In this document: positions 41,523 through 52,100 of the stretch, piece by piece
How the letters are laid out: the number at the start of each line of letters is the position of its first letter
Numbering within the stretch: the stretch's first letter is position 1
DNA from: Lachnospiraceae bacterium
Lineage (GTDB): Bacteria > Bacillota > Clostridia > Lachnospirales > Lachnospiraceae
Direction of reading: 5' to 3'
NCBI GenBank assembly: GCA_024687125.1
Contig: JAILFA010000036.1
Span: forward strand, 37,801 to 101,800
Length of the DNA: 64,000 bases
Notes under the pieces: model-generated
What the model saw: only the letters and a program-made list of their open reading frames with translations
Told to the model about the DNA's origin: nothing
Databases searched by the model: none
Translations under genes and position numbers: made by a program

Positions 41523-44197
41523 TTCTGTGTACCTGTCAGCCGCGCAAGCTGTTCCCTGACCTGCGCATGGGTCTGTTCATATTTTACCTTTTTCTCTTTC
41601 TCCTCGGCAACCTTTTCAGGCTTCGCGCCGGAAAGGAATTTCTCGTTGGAGAGCATCTTTTCCGAGCGGGCGAGCTCGCCCTCAAGGCGCTTCAGCTCCT
41701 TTGTCAGGCGCTCGATCTCGGCCTGAATATCCACGAGCTCCGCGAGCGGCAGATAAAGCGTCGCCCCGGGGATCGAGACAGAGACCGCGTCCTCGCCGAT
41801 CCCCGTGCGGTCGGTCTGGCAGACGCTGTCCGAAGCACCGGCAAGACTCTCGAAGAAAAGCTTGCCCTTGGTAAAGATATCAAGCGTTATTTTATCCTCG
41901 CTCACGATCGTGATCTGCACCTTCTTGGAAGGCGCCACGTTCATCGTGTTTCGGACACCGCGGATGCCGCGCACGGCCTCTTTGATCGCGTCGATCTCAC
42001 GCTCCTCCTGCGCAAACGACCAGTCCTCGCGATACTCGGGCCAGCTGGAGATCATGATGGAGGGCTCCGCCTGCTGAAGCGTGCAGAAGATCTCTTCCGT
42101 AATGAAAGGCATGTACGGATGGAGCAGCTTCATGGCACCGGCCAGTACCGTCGTCAGGCACCACATTGCCGCCTTTCTGCTCTCCTCCATATTATCGCCG
42201 TACAGACGGGGCTTGACCATCTCGATATACCAGTCGCAGAACTCATCCCAGATAAAGTCGTAGACCTTCTGTACGGCGATACCCAGCTCGTATCCCGTCA
42301 TATTGTCGGTCACTTCGCGGACCGTCGAATTGAACCGCGAGAGGATCCATTTGTCGGCGGGTTCGAGCGCTGCCGGCATGGGAGCGCCGTAGAAATCCTC
42401 ATCCTCCCGGAGGTTCATCATGATGAAACGGGAAGCGTTCCAGATCTTGTTGGCGAAATTCCGGCTGTTCTCCACGCGCTCTGTGTAAAAGCGCATGTCG
42501 CTGCCCATGTCGTTGCCGGTGACAAGGGTAAGTCTGAGCGCATCCGCGCCGTACTTGTCGATCAGCTCGAGCGGATCGATGCCGTTGCCGAGGGATTTGG
42601 ACATCTTGCGCCCCTGGGCATCGCGGACCAGTCCGTGGAAGATGACCGTGTGGAACGGATAGGTGCCCATCTGCTCGTAACTGGAGAAGATCATCCGGAT
42701 GACCCAGAAAAAGATGATATCCCAACCGGTGACCAGCACATCCGTCGGGAAGAAGTACTTCAGATCCGGTGTCTCGTCCGGCCAGCCGAGCGTTTCAAAC
42801 GGCCAGAGGGCCGAAGAAAACCAGGTGTCGAGCACATCGGGATCCTGGGTAAGGTGCTTTCCGCCGCACTTGGGGCATGCTTCGGGTGCTGTCCGGGCGA
42901 CCGTGATCTCACCGCAGTCATCGCACGTCCAGGCCGGGATCCGATGCCCCCACCAGAGCTGCCTGGAGATGCACCAGTCACGGATGTTGTCCGTCCAGTT
43001 GAAGTAACGGTTCTCCGCGCTCTTGGGAACCAGTCGGATCTCTCCTTCCTTAACGGCGCGCACGGCGGGTTTGATGAGCTCGTCCATTTTCACGAACCAC
43101 TGCTTCTTGATCAGCGGTTCGACCGTCGTGTGACATCTTTCATGCGTTCCGACATTGTGGGAATAGTCCTCGATCTTCACAAGGAGACCCAGGGCATCCA
43201 GATCCTCGACGATGCGGCGTCTTGCCTCCATACGGTCAAGACCGGCGTACTTTCCGCCGTTCTCGTTGATCGTCGCATTGTCGTTCATGATATTGATCTC
43301 TTCGAGATGATGGCGCTTGCCCACCTCAAAGTCATTGGGGTCGTGTGCCGGAGTGATCTTGACAACACCCGTTCCGAACTCCATATCGACATACTCGTCC
43401 GCGATGACCGGCAGCTCCCGGTTCATGAGCGGCAGCATGAGCTTTTTACCGACCAGATCCCTGTATCTGTCATCCTCCGGATTGACCGCCACGGCTGTAT
43501 CGCCGAGCATGGTCTCCGGACGGGTCGTCGCGAATTCGATGAAGCGGGTCGTGCTGACCGATCCGTCATCCTCAATGAAGGGATACTTGATATGCCAGAG
43601 ATGACCGTTCTGCTCTTCGTACTCCACCTCAGCGTCGGACAGAGACGTGTTGCACAGCGGGCACCAGTTGATGATGCGGCTTCCCTTGTAGATGTAGCCT
43701 TTTTCGTGAAGGCGGACAAAGACCTCAGTGACGGCCTTGTTGCAGCCGTCATCCATGGTGAAGCGTTCCCTCTCCCAGTCACAGGAGCTGCCGAGCTTTT
43801 TCAGCTGAGAGACGATCGTGCCGCCGTACTTGCGCTTCCACTCCCAGGCGCGCTCCAGGAACTTCTCCCGGCCGAGGGTTTTCTTATCGATCCCCTCTTC
43901 CTTGAGTTCGTTTGTGATCCGGACCTCCGTAGAGATCGAGGCATGATCCGTCCCCGGCTGCCAGAGGGTATTATATCCCTGCATACGCTTCCAGCGGACC
44001 AGAATGTCCTGGACCGTCTCATCGAATGCATGACCCATATGCAGGATTCCCGTGACGTTCGGCGGCGGGATCATCACCGTAAAGGGCTTGCGGCTCTCGT
44101 CCACTTCCGCGTGGAAGTACTTTTTGTCCTCCCAGTTCTTATAGATTCGATCCTCCAGTCCCTTGGGATCGTATGCCTTTGCCAGTTCCTTTTTCAT
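41519..44197 (-). CDS. valS: Valine-tRNA ligase
   Basis: PPPNVTGILHMGH, DWCISRQLWWGH, KMSKS, C-terminal coiled coil; AAGGAGG RBS. Confidence 0.98.
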   Translation of the reverse strand: MKKELAKAYDPKGLEDRIYKNWEDKKYFHAEVDESRKPFTVMIPPPNVTGILHMGHAFDETVQDILVRWKRMQGYNTLWQPGTDHASISTEVRITNELKEEGIDKKTLGREKFLERAWEWKRKYGGTIVSQLKKLGSSCDWERERFTMDDGCNKAVTEVFVRLHEKGYIYKGSRIINWCPLCNTSLSDAEVEYEEQNGHLWHIKYPFIEDDGSVSTTRFIEFATTRPETMLGDTAVAVNPEDDRYRDLVGKKLMLPLMNRELPVIADEYVDMEFGTGVVKITPAHDPNDFEVGKRHHLEEINIMNDNATINENGGKYAGLDRMEARRRIVEDLDALGLLVKIEDYSHNVGTHERCHTTVEPLIKKQWFVKMDELIKPAVRAVKEGEIRLVPKSAENRYFNWTDNIRDWCISRQLWWGHRIPAWTCDDCGEITVARTAPEACPKCGGKHLTQDPDVLDTWFSSALWPFETLGWPDETPDLKYFFPTDVLVTGWDIIFFWVIRMIFSSYEQMGTYPFHTVIFHGLVRDAQGRKMSKSLGNGIDPLELIDKYGADALRLTLVTGNDMGSDMRFYTERVENSRNFANKIWNASRFIMMNLREDEDFYGAPMPAALEPADKWILSRFNSTVREVTDNMTGYELGIAVQKVYDFIWDEFCDWYIEMVKPRLYGDNMEESRKAAMWCLTTVLAGAMKLLHPYMPFITEEIFCTLQQAEPSIMISSWPEYREDWSFAQEEREIDAIKEAVRGIRGVRNTMNVAPSKKVQITIVSEDKITLDIFTKGKLFFESLAGASDSVCQTDRTGIGEDAVSVSIPGATLYLPLAELVDIQAEIERLTKELKRLEGELARSEKMLSNEKFLSGAKPEKVAEEKEKKVKYEQTHAQVREQLARLTGTQK

Positions 44198-44335
44198 CAC
44201 GGACCTCCTTAGCCTGATGCTGTCGTAATCGTTCTATTTTTTATCCATAACAGAGGGTATGTCAAGAAAAGAACTTCTATTATTACAGGGGAATTATATC
44301 AAACCAAATGTTATTGAATAGCCCAGGTGCCATTT

Positions 44336-44363
44336 AGTTTACATAATAACTTTGACTGTATTC
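44336..44363 (-). other. dif-like site (exact B. subtilis-type XerD arm)
   Basis: Minus strand GAATACAGTCA-AAGTTA-TTATGTAAACT; right arm identical to the B. subtilis dif arm, left arm divergent. Confidence 0.45.
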
Positions 44364-44677
44364 GTTTTGTTTGGAATCTCATTTTTTGGGATTCAATTTT
44401 TCGTCAAATCTCGAAACCCGCGTTAATTGGGGATGTCAATTCTCGCGTTGTCGAAATGTCCCCAATTTCCACAGAGTTTTCCACGATGCTCTTTCCGGCC
44501 TTCCTGGTGGATCCGCCCTGCTTTTGTCGAGAAATTTGCGGAATTTTTCACACAATTCTGAAAGAATCGGCGAGTTTTTTGCTTACATAATATGCATTAC
44601 TGTTCGATTATGTAACCTTGTTTAATAACCGTTGATATTTTATTGGTTCACAGAATACCGAGCGTTTTTACCCATTT

Positions 44678-47215
44678 TCAGAGATGTTCCTTCCAGAACG
44701 AATTCAGGGCATTTTTGACCGAATCGGTCGTAGTGGTTATACGCTCTTTCCATTCCTTGGGGAATAGTCTTTGCTCCTCACTGTTCAGGAACCGGTGATC
44801 CAGCAGCAGGATGACGCCCGCGTCGTTCTCCGTCCGGATCAGCCGCCCCGCCGCCTGCAGTACATGGTTCATTCCGGGATACCGGTACGCATAATCAAAA
44901 CCGTCCCTGCCGCGCTGCGCGAAATAGTCGCGGAGCAGATCCCTGCGCGGTGTCACCATAGGGAGTCCGGTGCCGACGACCGCCACACCGATCAGCCGTT
45001 CCCCTGTCAGGTCGATCCCTTCACCGAAGATCCCGCCCAGCACGCACAGACCGAGCGTACTGCGCTCCTCCTCGGTCTCGATCGGTATTGCGACGCGGTC
45101 CTGAAGATCCGCCGACGTGCCGTTCGTGAACCAGTTCAGAAACTCCTCGCGGCCTTCCTCGGTCATCCTCTCCTGCTGTACCACCAGATCCGCGGTCTCC
45201 TCCTCTCCGAACGCTTCCAGATAAGCGCCGAGCACCTCACGAAGCAGCTGGTAGGACGGGAAGAACGCCATATACTTGCCGGTCTTTGCACACACCATCT
45301 CATGCAGATAACAGGCGATGCGCCGGTACTGCTCCGGCCCGCGGTCTTTGAGTCTCGTTGTCACGTCGTCCGCGATCAGCACCAGATACTGGTCACGGGA
45401 AAACGAGGTCTCGGCATAGGCTTCGTAGTCCTCAGGCGTCCCGCCGAGAAGTCCCTTATAGTACTGGATCGGCAGAAATGTCGCGGAGAACAGGATCGTG
45501 GAGACGGCCCTGTCCATCTGCTCTGCCAGACACGCGGAGGGATCCACGCACATCAGACTGACCGCCCCGTGTCCCTGCGGGTCCTTTTCCCCGCAGATCA
45601 GAAAATGGTCATCCGTCAGATCGGCGATCACAAGGAAACGTCCCAGATCAAACCAGAACCGCAGCTCCTCAGGATCAAACAGGCTGCGCTGAGCGTCGAG
45701 CAGCTCCGTGATCGCTCCGTGAAGGGACGCGCAGGCGTCGATCAACGGATCGATCGATTCCAGAAGCTGCAGCTTCCCGTCCGGCACCCCGCGGAGTGTT
45801 TCCTCCATCACGGAAGCGACGCTCCGCGTCTTTGCGATCACGCCCCGGAGCAGTTTGCGATCCTGATCCGGAAGATGATCCTCCTCCTTCAGGAGCGCGG
45901 TAAACGAAGCACCTGCCTCCCGGACCGCCTCACAGGAAAACTCTGCGCTGTACATCTTCCGCCCGCGGTCGAGGAGGTTATGTGCCTCGTCCGCCAGCAG
46001 GATGACCGGCTTTTTCTCCTCTCCGGCGAAAAAGCGCCCCAGCTGTACAAAGGGATCGAATACATAATTGTAGTCACAGATAATGCCGTCGGAAAACAGG
46101 GACGCGTCAAGCGAGAGCTCAAACGGGCAGACGCTGTGCTTTGCCGCGATCTCCGAGATCTTTTCCCGATCCGGCTGACCGGGGGCTGTAAGAAGTTCAT
46201 AGAGGGCGTCTGACACTCTGTCATAGTGACCCTTCGCGCGCGGACAGTCGACCGGATTGCAGGACGCCTGTTCGAGGACACAGATCTTGTCCTTGGCTGT
46301 CAGTGTAAGACTGCGGAATACCAATCCTCTGTCCGTGAGGAGACGGATCGCCTGCTCAGGCGCCGTCCTGGCGATCGTCTTGGCGGTCATGTAAAACAGT
46401 CTGTCCGCCCTGCCCTCGCCGATGGCTTTCAGCGCCGGATAAAGCGCAGCGAGGGTCTTGCCCGACCCGGTCGGGGCTTCCAGAAAGAGTTTCTTTCCTT
46501 CTTCGATCGTACGCCAGACATACCCGGCGAGAGCCTTCTGTCCCGCCCGATAGGCAAAGGGAAAGGTGATCTTCGCTATGGATGCCCGGCATTCCTTCTG
46601 ATGCGTGAAATCAAGATCGGAAAATCTACGGAATTTTTCAATGAGACCGGTAAACCATGTCTCCAGTTCGCTTACGGTGTATCGGAAACGGAAGAACTTC
46701 AGTTCCATGGTCTTGCGGTGGCAGTAGGTGATCCTGACCTTGATGCGTGCAAGCCCGTGATCTCTTGCGTAAAACAATGCATAGCACATTGCCTGCGCGA
46801 GATGCACATTCTTCGGTTCCCGGACACCCCGCAGTTCCATGCTGACGGCTTTGATCTCATCGATCACCGGCGCATCGGCATACGCGTCATCCTCTTCGTT
46901 TTTCCCGCCCGGCAGCAGGTCGCTCAGTGAAAGCTGAACCCCCGCGGATTCCTCCTTTTCACGCTCGATGACGCCGTCCGCTCTGCCGCGGATGACCAGC
47001 GCATACTCTCCCATCGGAACCGTGCAGACAAGTGGCACTTCCGCGTGATAATCGCCTTTCTGGCTGCCCTGGATCATCCGGTGGATGCGCGCGCCCTCGA
47101 GCATCGCCTGTTCGACGCTGCCGCCCATGCGGTCATCGATATCGCCCTCACGGAGGACGAATTCGACCAGTTCGCGTACGGAGATCGGATAAACAGAGAG
47201 ATCATTTTCACTCAT
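44678..47215 (-). CDS. PD-(D/E)XK nuclease fused to XPD/Rad3-type Fe-S DNA helicase
   Basis: GRADG...IDEIK nuclease motifs, EAPTGSGKT, Fe-S cysteines (KIC...C...C...CPF), DEAHN, QAAGRLIR; true start is the ATG at 47215. Confidence 0.88.
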   Translation of the reverse strand: MSENDLSVYPISVRELVEFVLREGDIDDRMGGSVEQAMLEGARIHRMIQGSQKGDYHAEVPLVCTVPMGEYALVIRGRADGVIEREKEESAGVQLSLSDLLPGGKNEEDDAYADAPVIDEIKAVSMELRGVREPKNVHLAQAMCYALFYARDHGLARIKVRITYCHRKTMELKFFRFRYTVSELETWFTGLIEKFRRFSDLDFTHQKECRASIAKITFPFAYRAGQKALAGYVWRTIEEGKKLFLEAPTGSGKTLAALYPALKAIGEGRADRLFYMTAKTIARTAPEQAIRLLTDRGLVFRSLTLTAKDKICVLEQASCNPVDCPRAKGHYDRVSDALYELLTAPGQPDREKISEIAAKHSVCPFELSLDASLFSDGIICDYNYVFDPFVQLGRFFAGEEKKPVILLADEAHNLLDRGRKMYSAEFSCEAVREAGASFTALLKEEDHLPDQDRKLLRGVIAKTRSVASVMEETLRGVPDGKLQLLESIDPLIDACASLHGAITELLDAQRSLFDPEELRFWFDLGRFLVIADLTDDHFLICGEKDPQGHGAVSLMCVDPSACLAEQMDRAVSTILFSATFLPIQYYKGLLGGTPEDYEAYAETSFSRDQYLVLIADDVTTRLKDRGPEQYRRIACYLHEMVCAKTGKYMAFFPSYQLLREVLGAYLEAFGEEETADLVVQQERMTEEGREEFLNWFTNGTSADLQDRVAIPIETEEERSTLGLCVLGGIFGEGIDLTGERLIGVAVVGTGLPMVTPRRDLLRDYFAQRGRDGFDYAYRYPGMNHVLQAAGRLIRTENDAGVILLLDHRFLNSEEQRLFPKEWKERITTTTDSVKNALNSFWKEHL

Positions 47216-47275
47216 AACACTTGCATTATATATCAAAAAAGCGTTTAATAGTAGCGTTGGAAAGGAGCACATTCT

Positions 47276-48283
47276 ATGGAAAACCTGAAGATCCCGAAGG
47301 GGTATGAATCCCCCCTCTCCATTCATGACACACAGGTCGCGATCAAGACCGTCAAGGATTTCTTCCAGGATCTTTTCGCGCAGCGCATGGGACTGCTGCG
47401 TGTGACCGCACCGCTTTTCGTCGATCCTCTGAGCGGTCTCAACGACGACCTTAACGGCGTGGAACGCCCCGTGGATTTCGTCTGTGCGGACGGCGAACGG
47501 GATGCGCAGATCGTCCAGTCGCTCGCCAAATGGAAGCGCTACGCGCTGAAAGCTTACGGTTTTCAGACCGGCGAAGGGCTCTATACGGATATGAACGCGA
47601 TCCGGCGTGATGAGATCACGGACAATATCCACTCCGTCTATGTTGATCAGTGGGACTGGGAACGCAGCATACAGGAATCCGAAAGGACCATGGAGTATCT
47701 GCAGGAAACCGTGCGCACCATCTATAAGGTCCTGCGCAAGACAGAGAAATTCATGGCCATCAACTACGATTACATCGAAGAGATCCTGCCCAATGATATC
47801 TTCTTTATCACAACACAGGAGCTCGAGGACATGTTCCCCGACAACACCCCGAAAGAAAGGGAGTACTATATCGCTAAGGCCAAAGGCGCGGTCTGCATCA
47901 CGCAGATCGGCGACCTGCTCGCCTCCGGAAAAAAACACGACGGCCGCGCTCCGGACTATGACGACTGGACACTGAACGGCGATATCGTCGTATACTACCC
48001 TGTGCTGGATATCGCGCTGGAGCTCTCCTCGATGGGGATCCGCGTTGACGCAGCCTCCCTTTCCTCTCAGCTGAAGAAAGCCGGCTGCACGGAGAGAGCC
48101 TCTCTCCCGTTCCAGAAGAGCATTCTGGACGGCAGACTGCCTCTCTCCATCGGCGGCGGCATCGGCCAGTCGCGCCTGTGCATGTTCTTCCTGCGCAAGG
48201 CACATATCGGTGAAGTACAGAGTTCCCTCTGGCCCAGGGACGTCATCGAGGAAGCGGAGAAACAGGGCCTTCATCTTCTGTAA
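47276..48283 (+). CDS. asnA: Aspartate-ammonia ligase
   Basis: SLAKWKR, YVDQWDWE, HDGRAPDYDDW, IGGGIGQSR; AAAGGAG RBS; TTGCAT-17-TTTAAT promoter. Confidence 0.96.
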   Translation: MENLKIPKGYESPLSIHDTQVAIKTVKDFFQDLFAQRMGLLRVTAPLFVDPLSGLNDDLNGVERPVDFVCADGERDAQIVQSLAKWKRYALKAYGFQTGEGLYTDMNAIRRDEITDNIHSVYVDQWDWERSIQESERTMEYLQETVRTIYKVLRKTEKFMAINYDYIEEILPNDIFFITTQELEDMFPDNTPKEREYYIAKAKGAVCITQIGDLLASGKKHDGRAPDYDDWTLNGDIVVYYPVLDIALELSSMGIRVDAASLSSQLKKAGCTERASLPFQKSILDGRLPLSIGGGIGQSRLCMFFLRKAHIGEVQSSLWPRDVIEEAEKQGLHLL

Positions 48284-48337
48284 AAAGCAGCATGAAATAT
48301 CGGCTGTTTTTATAATAAGTTATATCAAAACTTAATA

Positions 48338-48455
48338 ATTGCCAGGGGAGCGACGCTGAGATGGCGAATTTTCGGGCTTTTTGGCCCATGTGTGATCGTA
48401 AGATCTGCCAGACCCTCATCACCTGAACCGGATAATACCGGCGTAGGGAGGCATA
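48338..48455 (+). ncRNA. TPP riboswitch
   Basis: AGGGGAGC..GCTGAGA...GACCC..ACCTGAACCGGATAATACCGGCGTAGGGAG upstream of thiT. Confidence 0.95.
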
Positions 48456-48480
48456 AGATAACATCCGCTATTTTGTGTTG

Positions 48481-48507
48481 ACCTCCTTTGGCACCATCAA
48501 AGGAGGT
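48481..48507 (+). promoter_or_regulatory. RBS-sequestering hairpin (riboswitch expression platform)
   Basis: ACCTCCTTTG-N7-CAAAGGAGGT, a perfect 10-bp stem covering the SD. Confidence 0.85.
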
Positions 48508-48513
48508 TTTACT

Positions 48514-49197
48514 ATGGAACTTTTTACTCAGGAAGACGGTTATTATGCACTCACTTCGTTGGGGACAGCACTGATATTTGACATCATCGAACTGATCATT
48601 GTGCTGTTCATCCTGCGCGTACGTACATCCAAAGAGGACCGGAAGTCCTCAGTGATCTCCGCCAGGCAGCTGGTCTACTGCTCCGCAGCACTGGCCATCG
48701 GCTTCATCCTGTCCTTTGTCAAGATCGTCCATCTGCCCTGGGGCGGCTCCGTCACGCTGTGCTCCATGCTCTTTATCACGCTGATCGGCTACTGGTACGG
48801 GCCTCGGATCGGCCTCATGGCTGCCTTTGCCTACGGCCTGCTTCAGTTTGTTCAGGGCGGCGGCTCCTACATGCTCTCACCTCTGCAGGTGTGCATGGAT
48901 TACATCTTTGCCTTTACAGCGCTGGGCCTTGCCGGATTCTTCTCAAACAAAAAACACGGCCTGGTAACAGGATATATCGTAGCGATCCTGGTACGCGGCC
49001 TGTTCCATTCGATCGGCGGCTACCTGTTCTGGATGGATTATATGCCCGAAGACTTCCCCAAGGCTCTCACCTTCGCCTACCCGATCATTTACAATTACGC
49101 ATATATTCTGCTCGAAGGAGCGCTCACTGTTGTGATCCTGCTCTTCCCGGCTGTAAGAAACGCGCTCGCACGGGTCAAGGAGACTGCTCTCTCCTAA
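48514..49197 (+). CDS. thiT: ECF S-component thiamine transporter ThiT
   Basis: LPWGGSVT, YGLLQF, QVCMDY, YNYAY; TPP riboswitch upstream. Confidence 0.92.
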   Translation: MELFTQEDGYYALTSLGTALIFDIIELIIVLFILRVRTSKEDRKSSVISARQLVYCSAALAIGFILSFVKIVHLPWGGSVTLCSMLFITLIGYWYGPRIGLMAAFAYGLLQFVQGGGSYMLSPLQVCMDYIFAFTALGLAGFFSNKKHGLVTGYIVAILVRGLFHSIGGYLFWMDYMPEDFPKALTFAYPIIYNYAYILLEGALTVVILLFPAVRNALARVKETALS

Positions 49198-52100
49198 TTC
49201 TCCCTGACCGGTACCGCGCGGCCGGCCGTAAAGGACCAGATCCATCTCTCGGTGACCTTCCGGCCCGTGACACGCTCCAGTGCATCGGCGTACAGTGCAA
49301 GCTGTACGCCGTATTTTTCCGCGAGTTCCGATGCGTCTCCCGTAATCCTGTCCGTCTTGTAGTCCAGGAGGATAATGCTTTCCCCCTCCGTGAAATAGAC
49401 GTCGATCACCCCCTGGATGAGCACCATCTCGCCGGCAGGCAGTCCCTTCTGCACATCGGCGGCATCCATCCCCATCATGAACTGTTTCTCTCTGCAGAGC
49501 TCTCCTCTGCGGTAAGCCTCAGCAAAACGTATGCCGAGCGGGTCCGCTAAAAACTTCAGAACATCATCCGGCCTGACGGTCTCCGATGCACCCTCTTGGA
49601 GCCGCTTTTTCTGCTCTTGCTTTATCATCCATTTTTTAACGATATTACGTATATTATCGCATGATTCAGATATTAAATCATGGTTTGATACATCGATCTG
49701 ATCCAGGATTTCCGCATCTAAAAGTTCCATGACCTTATGGTATGCCGTACCGCGTTCCGCACCTGTAAGCTGTCGGGTTGTGTTTCTGTCTTCAGAGGCT
49801 GTCGGCGGCTCCGGAATTGACCGATAAAGTTCATTTCTGCCCGGACCCTCCGATTCCTCAGCCAGGATCCGCTCCTTAAGCTCCGTGACCGTCGTCTTGA
49901 CAAACAGTCGTTCAAGATCGCTGTGCGTATAGGAAAATGCAAGCTTTTCACGAAGTTCGGCATTTTGATAACATTTGTTATTGCTTGTGTTGACTACACT
50001 GGTCAGTGCTTCTTTTCGCCCTGTTTTACTGCTCATCGCGGGCGGTATCACTGCGGATCCACCGGTGCATTCGTCGGCAGCCTCCCGGAGTACCGCCAGC
50101 TCCGCCCGGATCGGCACACCTCCTTCGCGCATCGCGGCTGTCAGCAGATCAAGAAAGCTTTGCGCGCGGTACCGGCTGCGATAGGATACCGCAGTCTGAT
50201 CCCTCTGTCCCGATCCTTGGGCATTTATCCGCGCGATCTCCTCCAGAAGTGCCTCAGCCTTGTTCTGTGCGAGAAGGCCTGTCATGATCAGCCTGTCCTT
50301 AGCCCGGGTCATCGCCACATACAGCACCCGGATTTCTTCCCCCAGACTCTCCTCCCGGATCCTGTCCGCGACCGCCAGGCGCTTCAGCGTCGAGACGCTC
50401 ACTCTTGTCTCGGAATCCACACATTTCGCGCCGATCCCCGCGTGCTCATCGACGAGCACCGTACCGTTTTCATCCATACGGTTGAACTGTCTGGCAAGAC
50501 CCGAGACAAAAACGATGGGAAACTCCAGGCCCTTACTCTTATGAATGCTCATGAGACGGACCAAATCGGCGTCCTCAGAGAGCGTAGATGCTTCGCCCAG
50601 ATCGATCTCCGCAAGCCGGTACTGCTCCAGGCGCTGCGTGAACGCCGCGAGTCCGTGTCCTCCGGAAGCCGCAAAGGCGGCCGCGCGGATCAGCAGCATC
50701 CGGACATTGGCCTGTCTGCGCCTGCCTCCGGGCATCGCGGAGACGATCTCCAGATACCGGGTCTGCGCCAGGATCTCCTCGAGAAGATCATGTACGGACA
50801 TGCGCATCGACCGGTCTCTGAAATCCTCCAGCTCTTTCAGAAAGGCACGGCATTTCACGGAGAGCGGATCCTGTCCGTCGTTCTTCGAGCGTGCTGTCAG
50901 CGCTTCATAAAATCCGTGGCCGTCCCGCAGATCCGCCGTTCGGATCTCCGCGAGCTCCTCATCCGAAAAACCGCCGATGAAGGAGTGCATCACCGCCGCC
51001 AGCGGTATATCCCGAAAAGGATTCTCGATCGCGTGCAGAAGATCGATCAGAAGCCGGATCTCGATCGTCCCGAAATATCCCGCTTTGGATTCCATGTGGA
51101 CCGGGATCCCGCGTGCCGTCAGCACGTCCCGGTAGATCTCATCGACGCCCGAGGCTGTGCGAAGCAGGATTACGATATCGCCGTACCGCACCGGCCGCAT
51201 ACCGCTGTCGCCGTCCCGTACTCTGCCTTTCTCCATGAGCTGCAGGATCCTGTCTGCGACAACGCCTGCTTCCAGCTCCTCTGCAGCCTTTTCCGCACCG
51301 GTGAGCACCCCGCTCATCTCCTCCGGGTCTCCCGCCTCCGTATCGTTATCATCAGGCTCAGCGCTGTCAGTCCCTGTGTCCGCGTCCGCCTGCTCTGCCC
51401 TGTCCGACGTTTTCTCCGCGGCCTGTCCGTCCCGGGAGATCAGCAGAAGCTCCGGGATAAACTCACCGTCCTCGTCCTCCGGACAGGGGATCCCGGGCAC
51501 CAGATGGGCATCCTCATCATAATCCACACCGCCGATATTCGCGGCCATGATTCTCTCATGCACCGCGTTGACGGCATCCAGGATCTCGGGTCTGCTGCGG
51601 AAATTCCGGTGCAGATCGATCCTTCGTTCTGACGGATCCTCTCCGCCGAAGCGGTGCATCTTCTCCGCAAAGATCTCCGGTCTGGCAAGCCGGAACCGGT
51701 AGATGCTCTGCTTGATATCTCCGACCATGAAACGATCCGGGCGGCCCAGGCGTCTCGCGGAGACCGCGTCGAGGATCAGTTCCTGGATCATGTTGCTGTC
51801 CTGGTACTCATCAACCATGATCTCCCGGTAGAACTCCGCATAGGCTAAGGCTGTTTTCGTCGGCTGCGCCTCGCTGATGCTCTTTCCCTCTTCCGGTTCG
51901 TCCAGGAGAACCTGCAGTGCCAGATGCTCCATATCAGAGAAATCGATCAGATTCTTTTCCCGCTTCTTTTCGTCGAGCCGCGTGATGAACTCCATCGTCA
52001 GAAGCACAAGCTCCCGCGTCATCTCCGCCGCCTTCTTTTCCCGGGCCGCAAACTCCCGGGGCGGCGTGTTAAAATATCGCTTGATATTTTTGCCGACCGC

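Noticed and set aside
41567-44212. Long plus-strand ORFs opposite valS, clpC, purF, addA and others
   Set aside because: Antisense shadow frames expected from strong GC3 bias; no motifs and no RBS.
44327-44625. Short plus-strand ORFs (87 and 84 aa) in the AT-rich island
   Set aside because: Atypical codon usage, no RBS, no recognisable domain.
44198-44677. T-box leader upstream of valS
   Set aside because: No T-box consensus (GGTGGNACCGCG) or terminator seen on the minus strand; a TTGACA lies only ~65 nt upstream of the start.
44678-48274. 1198-aa ORF suggesting a giant helicase fusion
   Set aside because: The first ~350 codons are the antisense shadow of asnA plus the intergenic gap; the real helicase starts at 47215.
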